Shown here: in pieces, positions 38,476 to 51,410 of the stretch
Layout of the letters: every line of letters begins with the position of its first letter
Numbering within the stretch: position 1 is the first letter of the stretch
From: the human T2T-CHM13v2.0 reference genome, Homo sapiens
Direction: 5' to 3' (one strand)
Length of the DNA: 64,000 nucleotides
Assembly (NCBI RefSeq): GCF_009914755.1
Contig: NC_060936.1
The notes under the pieces: generated by a model
The model's database searches: none
What the model was told of the DNA's origin: nothing
The model's input: the letters and a program-made list of their open reading frames with translations, nothing else
Translations under genes and position numbers: made by a program

Positions 38476-38879
38476 AAGCACAGTGGTAAATGAGAGTATA
38501 TATGTAAGAGACGGACATGAGTTCAACCAGTTATAAGGTCAACTGTGACACTAGAATAGATTGATGGTGGTAATAAGTTCCACATTGACAGTGAGGGATG
38601 ATTGAGGAAGATGATCTGGGAGACAGGTTTAAGGATACTCATGTTGTAGGTTCCCCTTGACCAAAAATATTCCACATTCATATAGTCCAAACTTTCCCCC
38701 ACTGTACGCTCTCATGTAGTCAGATGTTCTGTCATTATAGCAACCCTTATTTGGTTCAGAAGCTTTTAAAACAAAAGTATTGTGGGTTGGTAAGAAAGTA
38801 AATGATGGGATTCATTTTTCTATTTTTTAGTCATATTTATTTTCTAGCATCTTCTAAATCTTTTAGTACCCTTTCATAG

Positions 38880-39200
38880 CTCTAGGCCTTTGAAAGTACA
38901 ATTCTCTGCTTGGAATGCACATTTTCTCTCCCTTCCTGCCTACTACAGCATTTATCTGACAAATGTACTCACCTTTTAAAACTCAGCATAAGATTACTTC
39001 CTCTGTGGACCCTTTCCTAAATCTCCCAGAATGGGGAGCTGCCTTCCTCAGGGCTCTCACAAGGTTCTCCTTTAGTCTTTTAATGCATTTATCAGACCAT
39101 CTATTATAATTTGTCTATACTTGACAGTGAGATACCGAAAAACAAAGATGTATCTTATGTATATTGTATTTCCTAAAATTCAGTATCCAAATTGTGTTTC
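38880..39200 (+). mobile_element. L2 3' fragment
   Basis: ctctgcttggaatgc, aaactcagcataagattacttcctctgtggaccctttcc. Confidence 0.55.
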
Positions 39201-41884
39201 TAACAGATGTTTTTACTTCAGTTGACAGATACAATTGTTTTATAATATCATAATCTGCTAAAATTAGCATAGAGACAGAAACATAGCTGCGGGAGTAAGA
39301 GAGGCAAGTTAGAGATAATGAAAAATTGTTAGAAATGGAAGTTCTAGGAAGGCATATGGAAACAAGACTCCAGTAACCTCCAGTTGAGAAAAAGAGTTTC
39401 AAGGTGATAGAAACAGCTGTAGACTTTTAAGATAAATCAAAAGCCAAATTGCCCACTCGTCAACTCTGCTCAAGGTAGACTCTGAGAAGAGGGTCCTCAA
39501 ATTTAAGTTACCGTTGCTTTGAATTCTATCCTCTGCAAAATAGCCACAGGAGTACACTGTAGTAGGCTTTATTGGATTTTATTATTTCCCTCTCTCTTCC
39601 TTTTTACTCTCCAGTAGTTTAGTTAGTGTGCTAAGCTCAGTTTTTAAGTTGTCATGCTTTTTACAGTAAATTTCCCTTTCCAGGGAAATTTTACACAAAT
39701 TTTAAAACAAAATGCTTACTTTTATTACTATTAGTTTAAAAACATGGATTTTATCAAATGGGAGCTCTTTACCAGGTCAGGACTATACTAGATCTGACTA
39801 CAAAGTAGGGAGAATCATATAAAGTTGTATAAGATGTGAAAACATGGTGCCTGCTTCCAAGGAACCCTCAAAGCTCATGAAACGGACACAAGGAACCCAT
39901 CACACTCACCCAAGGAGACGAAAAGAAAACATCCCAGAACCACAGTTCATCCCTTTGGCGTCTAATTTTACATTTGGCATGTCTGACGTGCATTTTATCA
40001 AAACACTGGAAGTTTGCCTGTCTCACATGTTAAACTGAGCTCTCTGGGGACAGGTTTTATCAATTTGATTGATAAAGAACAAAGAATATTGTTCAAAAGA
40101 TATTTGATTTACAGTCATATATCTTCTCCAGTTGGAAAGGAAGGGGCATGAAAGTTTAGGATGATAAACATCTATGGAAATTGATTTTATGGCTGAGGTG
40201 GGGAATAAAGCAGGATGTAGCATAGTTCTCAGGTTTGTGGCTTAGAAATCCAAAATGGAAGATATTGCTATTTACTGAGACAAAAATTTGGGGCATGTCT
40301 AAAGAAAATATACGTGAGTTTAGGCTGGCATATATTGGATGTGAGCTATCTTTGGGGTACTCAAGGAGAAGTGTATAGCAATCATTTATTGTGGAGGAAG
40401 CAATAGAAGCTAACATTTAGGATTTCTGTCTTCAGAGTTAAAGTGCGTTGCACTCATGCCAGCTAACCCTCTAGGTCAGTTTCATGACCTTAGGAAAATA
40501 ACTTGACATCTTAAAATCTTATGTTTATTAGCCAGAAGGCTTTAAAATAACTAGCTTAATAATTGCTTCAAAGATTATGACAATCTCAAATATAATTTTT
40601 TTATGGTCTACCTTCCCAACTGAATTTTCTGTTCTTTAAGGATAGAGACTACATCTCTTTTAATTCTATATGTTAGTACCTAGAACTGTGCCTGAGACAT
40701 AGTAAGAACTCAGTAAATACTGAGTCAGTTGAGTGGCCAAATGTAACCCTTGTGTAGTAGGTGCTGAGCAAACAGTGAATATAATTATCATATATGAGAC
40801 CGGAGCTTAGCAAAGAGGGCCAGGGAAGGTAATTGTATGTATTATTGATTCTATGTATGGGTTAGCATAGACCATTCTATAGCGTTTGTACACAAAACTC
40901 AGGATGTTCCTGAGGAATGAAAATTTTAAGGAGCAACAACTGAAAGGAAAGGAAACTGTGCTGTCATGACATTCAACTTTGCTCACTGTTCTAAGTTCAT
41001 CAAATCTAAAAGTCTTAATATCACAACTTATTCCTGGAGATGCTCCTTCCTTCATCTGTTAACACCAGATTCAGTGCCGTGAATTCTCCTTTGATTCAAT
41101 CAAGGGTAGGTCCCACTTGAAACTGGAGGTTCCTCCTTCAGGCTACCTGCTGCTCATCTGTCTTCTGAGTTGCAGAGTTCCAACAACAGCATTCAAGAGT
41201 GCCATTGGCTTTAGTGGGGGTAACTTAGAGCGCAGACATGAGCAGCTGTTCTTTCCATGCATTCCTGTATATAGCAAGCTGTAGGTGTTCCTTCCATTTG
41301 GATACAGCTCACAATTTACTTCTGTGCTGCTGCTATTAAAACTGGAGACAACCATGACGTCTTTAGATGGGAAAATCTGATTTGTTTTGGGCTACTCTGG
41401 ATTAAAGTTTTTAATTAGACTCAGAGAAGGTGACAACATTGTGGGTGTGTGAAGTTGCCTTCCTGCCAGCTGAGTGTTTCTCCTTTTTGCCTGTGTGGAA
41501 GAGAAGGTTGTACTTTGCTTTTCAACACTTCATGACAGATACTTTCTCAGGTTTTCTGTCAACAGCTGGCCATTTGGTGTATACTCATGTATTTTTTCAG
41601 TCAGATGACAGAAATGTTTTAAGGGGCTTCTCCAATCACAACCAAAATAGTTTTTTCTAAATATCCGATACCAGCAACAATAACTTTTCATGGTTTTAAG
41701 TTTCTATTATATTTCAGAACATGAAGAAGGAAGGGAAGAAGGGAGGCCTGTTAAAGAGTTGCTTGTTGTGACCTAAGTAAAACACAGGGATGGCATACAT
41801 TAAACGGGTACAGTGAGATTGGAGGGAAATGAAAGAATTTAAATATATAAGGAGCTATAAATTATGTGACTTGGTGCTATATTT

Positions 41885-42149
41885 GTGTCTTTATAAAAAG
41901 AGACACTAGAGATCATGCTTCGTATCTCTATCCCCACCCCGTGGAAAGATGACAGTGTGGATGTGGATGACCATGTGGACATATAAGGAGATGACAGCCA
42001 TCTCTAAACCAGGAGAAGGTCCTTCACTAGATGCCATATCTGCTGCCAACTTGATCTTTGCACCAGAAAGTGAGAAATAAATTTTCTGTTGTTTATGACA
42101 CCCAGTGTATTGTATTTTTGTTATAGTATCCCAAACTGACTAAAATACA
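41885..42149 (+). mobile_element. MLT1A-family LTR 3' part
   Basis: gtgagaaataaattttctgttgtttatgacacccagtg...gttatagtatcccaaactgactaaaataca. Confidence 0.75.
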
Positions 42150-42866
42150 GTCTATGTAGAAATTTTACTGTTAGAGAATACATGTCAGAACTCTGAAGAA
42201 TACTGAGACTTAAGGAATGATAGAAGCTCATTTCTCTTTGAAGAACTAAACTGAAAAATTAAAAGTAACCTTTGGGTTTAGTACTAAGAGCTAATTGATT
42301 GCCTTGGTATGGGAAAATTGCATGGAATGTTGGCAATGAATTGAGTTTCTAACAGATAACATGGCTTCTGTCATCATCTACTTTGGAATGGCTATTGCCT
42401 TTTATGCCAGTTAAGAATAGTTGTGTTTCTCTCTTTACAATTGCTCACCATTTATACTTTAAGTACAGAGCTCTTACCAAATTGATTCCTAAATAAATAT
42501 ATTTTCCTCCAGGGCAGATCTTCTAAAAATGCTAACTATATTTCTACCTGTGGCTGTTTTTTCCTTCTGATTTGTGCATTCCTTTTCTATCAGTTCTATT
42601 TGACTTATGGGTTTTTTTTGTCTAATAAGTTTGGTAGAAAGAGAGGAGTCCAAGTTGATCTATAAGTGACTTGTTCATTGTCGTGGTTTCTGAAACTTTG
42701 AGTTGCAGTGTCATAGATAGCTTTGACTCTAGAAGCTCAGTGTTTTTCTGTCTAAGCTTTCATGCTCATGTAAGTGTAGGCTACATAAATATATCCCAAA
42801 TTGTTTAGCCTGAAAACAGAAAAATGGAAAGAAGGACTAGCACCACCATGCCAGTCACATCTGAAC

Positions 42867-42867
<1 letters not shown>

Positions 42868-42909
<42 letters not shown>
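42868..42909 (+). repeat. Uninterrupted A42 mononucleotide run
   Basis: Counted directly. Confidence 0.95.
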
Positions 42910-42910
<1 letters not shown>

Positions 42911-45900
42911 ACTTCAGTAATCCTGACCTTTAAAACTTCCATCATTTACACAACCAGGCTCAGAACAAACTCATCACCAAATGTCCTGTGAACGCAGCTG
43001 GAGAAACTGATGCAAGGAATCATGAGGTCTATATCAAAGAGCTAACAAAGCATGGCAAAATCATCAAGGCAAAGATTTACTGGCAAAGATCACCAAAGAG
43101 CAATAATCTCTGTCTTGATATGCAGCAGGTGTGCATATTGGACAGTAATTAAGTCATCTTCTGATGCCAGCAAAGGGCCTGACCCCTACAATGCTACAAG
43201 GGAGTGCTGACTTCCCTTGGCTCCCTGGAATATTGCTAAATTGAATTTGGACTGCCATTGTAGCAGATAGAGCCTGAATTATTTGTAAAACTTCAATTAT
43301 CGTGGGCATACCATGGGGCCTGAAGAAGAGATTATTTGGCTCCTAATGTTGTAAATTTAATTTTCTTTGCGAACACCTGCTAAAGGACTAACTAAATCAT
43401 TTGCCAGTGTGAAATACATCATACTGAAAGTTGATTTTGTATTTATTCTCATGGATCCATACTCCTTAAGAAGTCTGCCTCAGTCTACAGAGTCAGAAAT
43501 GAATTTCGTAAAGGTTTTTACAATAGTTGAATCTTTCCAAGCTGAAGAGAATTATTGAGTATTTTCAAGTTACACATACTAGTCAGAGTATTGATTAAAA
43601 TGGAGAGTTTTTAGGTTTTTTTTGTCTCCCTTTTTAAGTGTCTTAATTATAAAATTATCATGTGCAATCATCACACTTTTACCCAAGAAGTCCTGGTTGC
43701 ATCCTCCTGACAGTGTCTATGAAGGGGGCTAATAATTAATAGGTAGGGAACCAACTGTCCTCCTACTTCAAAAAGTAGGACAGAATTAGGGCAGACTTAG
43801 TTTCAAGGGGAGATTTAAGAACTTTTTGTTGCTGTTTGAAAGAAAGATACAGTTTCTACTTTGCATTTTTTGACATTTTCCTAAAGTAAAAAATTAGAGA
43901 AATTATTAATATGTACATCAATTAATATGTGTATTTAAAATCTACTGGGGTAAAGAAAAAGAAAAAAATTGATTCATATTTCTGGTATCCTTAGTAGTAC
44001 AAATGAACTTAGAAAAAATATTTATGTTTTAAATACACAGTGGAAAACCCCATGATCTATACATTTTTTTTTTTTACAAAATGAAGATAATGAATGTAAA
44101 TCTAACTTAGTATTGTGACTAGAGTTTAACTTATTTACTTTGGGATACAAATGACAATAAAATATGTTTTGGGAAAAAACAAGGAAATCTATTTCTAAGT
44201 TGAAAGTGATATTTTAAGTCATCATTTTGGGAATATAGACAGTTTGGTGATACTTCTTTGGAAATGCCTCCGAATCAGCCTACATTATAAAAATTCAGAT
44301 TTTATAATGTAGCATTAATGTGGAACCCTAAACCGTATTATCAAGATTCGTCATATTCATTGAATTTGAGCAAATCCTGTTTATTGATTTAATCAAGTCT
44401 ACTGTACTCCCCAAGTACCACATTCAGTGTAGCCTAATTGTATAATTCAGAAAATTTGCACCTCTTTCTCCTTGCCCCTCCTTAAAAAATGTCCAGACTT
44501 CAAATTTCACAGGCCAAGTACGTCAAACCTAACTCAAAGCAAATCAGGAGTAGTGTTCATTTTCGAGCAGTCTAACATAAAGCAATGGGACACTGGAGTA
44601 GGACTTCCATTTGGTGGCATTTCTCAAAGTTCAGCAGAAGGATAGTAACAATTTCAGGAGCTCTACCTACCTTGATGTCAACATGCATGCATGTCTGTCT
44701 GTCTGTCTTCACAATTAGTGTTTAAGCTTAAGGATACAGATCATGTTTCATTGAAATGTATATCTTTCACATAATCTAAAAGAGTTTTTTTGTATTCGCT
44801 TACATTTATTTTTAAAATCTTGGGGCATATTAGAATTTACATAGATCTAAGGACAAGGCACAGAAAGACATAGGTGGGAAGGCTGGGTCACGTCTTATAA
44901 ATGTATACAGGTTGCTTTTTCTAGGCAACCCAAATAAGCAACAATTGCTTTCCTGAAAGAGCTACGCTATTTGTAGTTGCTACTGTCACAGTTTAACAAG
45001 GAGAGGGAGCTCTTAAAAGATTCTCTAAATTTGTTGCAAGAAAGTCACAGAAAGCTACCTTTCAATGTCTGTTTTCTATAGCTGGAGGGAAGACTGGTGG
45101 TAAAATGACCAACAACCAAAATGAATTATGGATAAACTGAGAGCAAATAAACAATAGGAGTTAAGAAGATGAGGATGTACGTGCCAAAGGGAGAGGGTAG
45201 AGAAACCATTGCTAGCAGTCTAGGAGCTCCTGATTTCCACGACTGGACAAAATTGGGAACTACTAAGAAGGTGTGGAGCTACTCACCACCTTCATCAGGT
45301 TAGAGTTCTTTATACCATGAAAGTTGTGCTAAGATGGAAATAAAAGCACGAATTGTTTAAATACCTTCAAGCAGAAAGCAGAGATTTAAAATGTTCACGA
45401 AGAGGAAGAAACGGAAATATCTACTAGAGAGTCAAGTGGCATTGACAGTGATTGAAATATGACCAGGTTTTCAGTTTTCTGTTGCAGAAAGGAGAAGAGG
45501 GAGCTACTTGAGGAAAATATTTGGAATAAAGGAAAAAAGCACACAACTCTTTTCTTAGAAAAGCCTGGTAATGAAGTGATCGAGTTTTATCTTTATTATT
45601 TGCCATCAAACTCCTTAACTTAATTAGAATACTTACTGGGTTTCAATATTTTTTATTTTAAATTAAATGTTACCCATTATTTTAATTTTCTTATCCTTTA
45701 ACCTCTCTTATTTTCAAAACCAGTAAGTTTTCGATTCTTTTATAGAAAAAAACCTGGGCTCATTTTAGCTTCTGTAACTCTGTTAAAGCAGGCTGAAAAT
45801 GGATTATGTTGAAGATGTTTATTCATGAACAACCAAATATCCCATTCTTTGCTGAAATTACAGCTTTAGTTAATTAGTTACATTGCAGGCATTTACACTT

Positions 45901-47599
45901 CTGTGGGAGGAGCACAATAGCACAAGTTGCTTACAGGAACAGCTTCAAGAATATCCTGCTCGTAATACTCACACGTTATAAGGACATCAACCATTTAAAA
46001 TGTGTTTCTTTTTACTCATGTTAATTTGCTGCCTTCTTTTGCTTATCTCTCTGGAATCTTGGCCAATGTATACCTAAATGACCAAGAGTTCTCACCACAA
46101 ATATTTAATGAAATAGTTTTCTATGAAAATTTGTTTCTTAAGCTTTAGTTCCCAGTGTGTCCGTGAATTCTTTACTCTCTACCTTTGAAATATTCTCTTG
46201 CTTTCAGTTTATGTCAACAACTCACCTTGCCTAATCAATCTCTCTTGTCTCTTCTGTTGCAGAAGCTATCATAATGGAAATGGTGGATTTAAGATTCAAG
46301 ATTTAATTTCCAATTCCATATGCTCTTTGACCACATCCTAAGAAAGCTGTGAGATTTCAGTATCCCATTTTTAAGCAAGCATTTGTTGTAAACAAGTCTG
46401 GCAGATGGCCACAACACCTGGGACAATTAAGCCCAAGGGATGCTTGAGTAGTTTCTAAGGCAAGCAGAATCTTCCATCTGCTCAAATGGCACTTTTGGGG
46501 TTTAAGCAAGCCTGTGTGGGCTACTCAGGGTTTATTCCCCTCACAAGTCTACTCTTCTGTCTCCAAATACTTGCTGGCTGCCCCTCTAAAAAGTAGAGAA
46601 AACAGGAAAATATATATTTACTCTATTTTACAGCTGTCTAACTGCTTTAAAATGGATAACTTAGCTCTGCTGGGCTTATCCTTAAGAAACGAGATCAAAC
46701 AGTTTTCATGAAATGCCACTCACATTTTAAATGCATGAGTTATTTTGGTTTATTCTGTTCTAGAATTTTCCAAAGCTAGAATTAAATGCTAAATAATCAA
46801 TTTGCCCATTTAAAAGATATTGGTGCACTATGTAACAGATTGTGGCTACCAACATTCTGAGCCAGTCTTTCCCCTCCAAATGCCCTGCCTTCCCCTACAC
46901 ACATTGAACCTACTATTTAATTTTGTATGATGGAATCTTGCCAGATCAGTATGGGGAATATATTGTTTGGAATCTAGGTTGTTATTCTGAAGGTTTATTT
47001 CTTCTGGTAAAAACACAAGAACATTTTCACAGAATACGCAAGGTTTTTTGCTTGTTTCTGTTTGAGACTGCACAGTAAGTTGGCTAGCACAAGGAAGCTC
47101 CTACATCCTTGCAAACTTCAGTCAAATTGCCATGTAAAGTCATTGCCAAGTTTTCAAAATTGAGTCTGGACTGCTATTCCAATTCACCACCATTCCGCCT
47201 CCATAGCAGATGGTGTTCACTTATGCAGGGGACGCAGATGAAACGGCATGGTGGAGGTGTCATTCCACTGCTAAGGTTTTGAATTTTCTTGCTCTGAAGA
47301 ACTCGATGCCAAAGAGTAACAACTTATTGATCTTCACTCTCTGTCATCAGCTAGTGTCCATCTTTTTTCCCCATTTCCTCCATCTCACCCACTCCCCAGC
47401 ATCACTTCTGGGTCATAACTCTTCCCCTTCTGAATTATTTTTTGCAAGCACATTGATGTTTTGCTCATAATTCCTGAATATGCATTTTCAGTCCTGAACC
47501 TCAGTGCCTATCTAGCTTTCATATGTAGGCAACCTTATGGTATAACTGGAAGAATCTCCTAAATACTGAGACTTTTTGAAACCTGACAAAAAGTTGAAG

Positions 47600-48365
47600 A
47601 ATAAGAGTTTGGCTCTTGGACTCAGATCAGACTCAGATTTGATCTTGACTCTGCCACTTGCTATCAGCATAGCACTGGGGCATATATTTGACCTATGCTA
47701 TTTGTAAAATGGAAATAAGTATTCTTTGGAAACCTCACAGTGTTTGGAGAATTAAATGAAACTGAATTTATGTTTGGTATGGTAAGTGATACATGATTAT
47801 GCTCTTCTCACTGCCAATTTCCTGATAGTCGTAAGCGTCCAACATTAGAATTACTGTCTTTGCTCCTTTACCTTCCAAATCAAATCCATCATCATGTTCT
47901 ATTTATTATGATGCCCGTTTATTTTCTGCATCCATGGCTACAAGCTCAGTCCAGACCATCATCTCAAATCTATATTTTGTATTTAAATTTCTTTACATTT
48001 TTCTATCCCTTTAACATAATTAAATTTTCTTTCAATTTTGCAAACATGATTTTAATTCAATTATGTGCCATAGAGATTGCTAGGCCACATTTTCATTAGA
48101 GTTGCTTGACTCCTTTGTAAGGCACTATTATTTAAGGCTTGGGCTCTGGAACCAGACTTCTTGAGTTAAAATGCCACCTCAATAACTTATTAGCTATGTA
48201 ACTTTTAATAACTTACTAATGTCTCTATCTCAGCTGCATCATCTCTAACAAGGATATAATAACAGTATCTTATCTCATAATGGTGGTTATAAGAAAAAAA
48301 GGGCATAATGGATATAAACCTGCTTAATACATAGAAAGCACTTGTGATTTTGTTAATCATTATTA
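47600..48365 (+). mobile_element. Two MIR remnants (~47600-47790, ~48120-48365)
   Basis: ggctcttggactcaga...ctctgccacttgcta...tgtaaaatggaaataa; gggctctggaaccagac...ctcagctgcatcatctctaa. Confidence 0.65.
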
Positions 48366-48859
48366 TCCTCAAATATTTCTTTCAGCATCAGCCTCCCATT
48401 TTGAACACGCACAATGACAACCTTTTCATTTTATATCAAAATGAAGCTTCTGCATTTTAGTTCTTTATTAACTTCCTCATAATTGATTCACAGTAAGTTC
48501 TTTGACACATGCCTACATCCACACATTAAGCCTGCACATTTACTCACTTATTTTCCTCTCCTCCATGGTCCTGAGGCCCCTAGTCATCTGTGTAATCTCT
48601 CTGCAATATGAATTCTCTGACTCAGTAAACCATTATACATATCCATGTTTCTTCATTTTCATTTGATGTATCTTTGGATTCAGTGCACTTCCCTAAATCA
48701 TTCCCACTTTTTCTTCTAATTTCAAATATCCTGCTTAGAACTCCTTTTCAAGAATCTTTCCCTTTCTACATGCTTCTAAACAAATCATTCTTGTATTCCC
48801 TCTGTCTTCAGAACAATTATGTTCTATTTGTGCTATATTAAATCTGTTACACCATAAGC

Positions 48860-49255
48860 TGGCTTGCATCTTTGTGCTCCAGCCATACTGGTCTCCTGCT
48901 GTTCCTGAAGCATGCCAAACACCAATCCATCTCAGGGCTATTGTGCTGGGTTTTCCCTTTAACTGAAAACAATGCTTTTCTCTGGATATCTGCATGATTT
49001 ATGCTCTCATTTCATTCAGGTCTCTGCTCAAATATCACCACTACAGAGAATCACCATGTCACCCTTACATGTTTCATTTTTCTTTCTAGCATTTGACATA
49101 TGTAGCTAGCTCTTATGTTTATTGGCTTTTGTTTGTTTCTCCCACTAGAGGGCAGGACCATTATCTGTTTTGTTGACTGTTCAATTCCCAGCTCCTAGCA
49201 CAATGCCCTTTACGTAGTAGACGCTCAATATTTATGGAATGGATGAATGAATACA
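48860..49255 (+). mobile_element. L2a 3' end
   Basis: ctccagccatactggtctcctgctgttcctgaagcatgcc...tcattcaggtctctgctcaaatatcacc...tagtagacgctcaatatttatggaatggatgaatgaa. Confidence 0.8.
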
Positions 49256-49487
49256 TTGTAACCTAGCATCACCACCAAAAATAATTCTAAATACTTAAAA
49301 TGTAGGGACTATGTATTGGATTTTTGTAACATTCCTTCATATATTGCCATAGAGAGAGAAACATCTGGCTTCAGAACAAGACTGGCCCAAATCCCCAAAT
49401 TCTCAATTACTATTTGAGTAAATCCAAGTAATTTTCTCTCTGAGCCTCAACCTCCCTGTATATAAAATAAGCATAGTCATACTCATT

Positions 49488-49857
49488 ATGATGGATAATT
49501 TTATCTGTCAACTATGGTGCCCAGTTGTTTGCTCAAACACCAATATAGATGCTGCTGTGAAGGTATTTAGATGTGATTAACATTTAAATTAGTAGGATTT
49601 TGAGTAAAGCAGATTACCCTCCATAAAGCAAGTAGGCTTCATGCAATCAGTTGGCCTTCAGAGAAAAGACTGAGGTTTCCAGAAAGATAAGTAATTCTGC
49701 CTCAAGACTGCAGCGTAGAAACCCTGCTTGAGTTTCCAATCTGCAGATTTAGCGCTCAAGATTGCAGTATCAACTCTTCTCTGAATTTCCAGCCTGGTCT
49801 GTTCTATAGATTCCAGACCTCCTAGCTCACATAATTGTATAAGCCATTTCCTTAAAA

Positions 49858-49904
<47 letters not shown>

Positions 49905-49967
49905 ATGTGTGCATTTATATACGTATATACCATATTATTTTTCTCTGAAAAACCTTGACTAATAAAG
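49488..49967 (+). mobile_element. MLT2 (C/D-like) ERVL solo LTR inserted in a MIR
   Basis: atgatggataattttatctgtcaact...gagtaaagcagattaccctccata...aaaccttgactaata. MIR halves flank it. Confidence 0.85.
49861..49902 (+). repeat. (GT)21 microsatellite
   Basis: Counted directly. Lies at the usual microsatellite site of MLT2 LTRs. Confidence 0.95.
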
Positions 49968-51368
49968 CTACTTTACTTGAAGTTAGGATTAAATGATGTA
50001 ATATGTTTAAAACTCTTATTAAATAGTAGCAATTATTACATGGTGAGTAAATAATTTTGCCAGGTTATTATGTCTGCCACATGGCAAGGGCTTAACAAGT
50101 ATTTGATGAATGAATGAATAAATGAATGCCAGAAAGTGGATGTCTTCTGAACACATATTATTCCAGATGATTGTAAAAGCACATATGGCCAGCGTTACTC
50201 ATTTCTTAGTATTATTTGAACCAGAACGTACAGCACATTGCATTCCCTGTGAAGGTCTAAAAATGTTATATACATATGCAACATTATTCACTGAAAATAA
50301 ATCAGAATTTATTTTATGATAGCAAAAGTACTGTTTGAAAATGAAAGGAAGTCGAATGCCAAATTGTTCCATGAATCTTCCAGCAGCTTTGAGATAAGCA
50401 TAATTTTATATATCTGAACACCCTTCATGAGAGTATTTTGAACACTAGTTAGCTAATTGGGGCAATGTTCTTTGGGGGAAAAACATATTATATAAATGTT
50501 GAGTATTTTAGTTTAGATGGAAATGGGAGGTGGTAAGGGATTACAAAAATATTTGAGCATCTGGAAATTAAGTACACAAATTTTAATATATAAATTCAGA
50601 TGGTGCTCTGGTGAGACCGTGTTATGTTCTAAAGGACTAAAAAGATTGAAACAGTCACTGCTGAATTTTAGCAGATTTTTATGTATTGTAAAGGTATTTT
50701 TGCAGTATATGAACTCAGAGGCCTATGAGATGCCCTCACATTTGGGGTCTCCTCAAAGATATCAGCTAGAAGACTAAGAGGTAGACCTATTTGGCAGGGA
50801 AGGCAGGGCAAACACCAGGAGAGTGGTAGGAGTCTTTAGTGCCAGCAAGCATATTCTCAAAGCTTCTCCCATATAGAGACATTTAGGGAGTGGATAAGAG
50901 GAGAAGGGAATGATTGAAAGGACAAAAACAGGATGCTGGAAACTAAATAGCTTATCCTCGGTTTTGCTTAGCTTCTCAGCTAGAGTCCTTCAAAAGAAAA
51001 TTATATTTTTTAATTCTACTAGGATTCTTACTGTGGTAAAAATATCCTGAAATTCAGCAGCAATGCTTGTTATCTTCCAGCCTTAATTTAGAACATGGCT
51101 CAACCCTGTTGCCCCTGTCTTTCCAATGCCCTGATTTGGTATTTGGGGATAAATGCTCTAAAGAGAAGATATTTATTAATTGGGATCACACCCTGTCTAA
51201 ATTAGGAAAATATATCTACTACTTTTATATCTGCTTACATCACAAACCTATTCACTGGAATAACCAGATCTTTAAGCATTTTTAAATACTTATTTAAAAA
51301 TATATTTTAACACTTTTATATTATACTGAGTTTGGCTTATTTCAACAGATGCTGAAGTCAGCCTACCA

Positions 51369-51410
51369 GCAATAAGATAGGGCAATAAGATAGGGAGCAA
51401 TAAGATAGGG
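51369..51410 (+). repeat. Triplicated 13-bp unit gcaataagatagg
   Basis: Copies at 51369, 51382 and 51397. Confidence 0.9.

Noticed and set aside
39668-39691. 10-bp inverted repeat aaatttccct/agggaaattt, NF-kB-like
   Set aside because: It lacks the terminal CC of kB sites, and its length is within chance expectation.
44280-44312. 13-bp AT-rich stem ctacattataaaa/ttttataatgtag
   Set aside because: Low complexity, too short for a pre-miRNA, and no family match recognised.
45073-45305. Possible + strand exon (tttctatag|...cag|gttaga)
   Set aside because: All three frames close early and the donor is weak.
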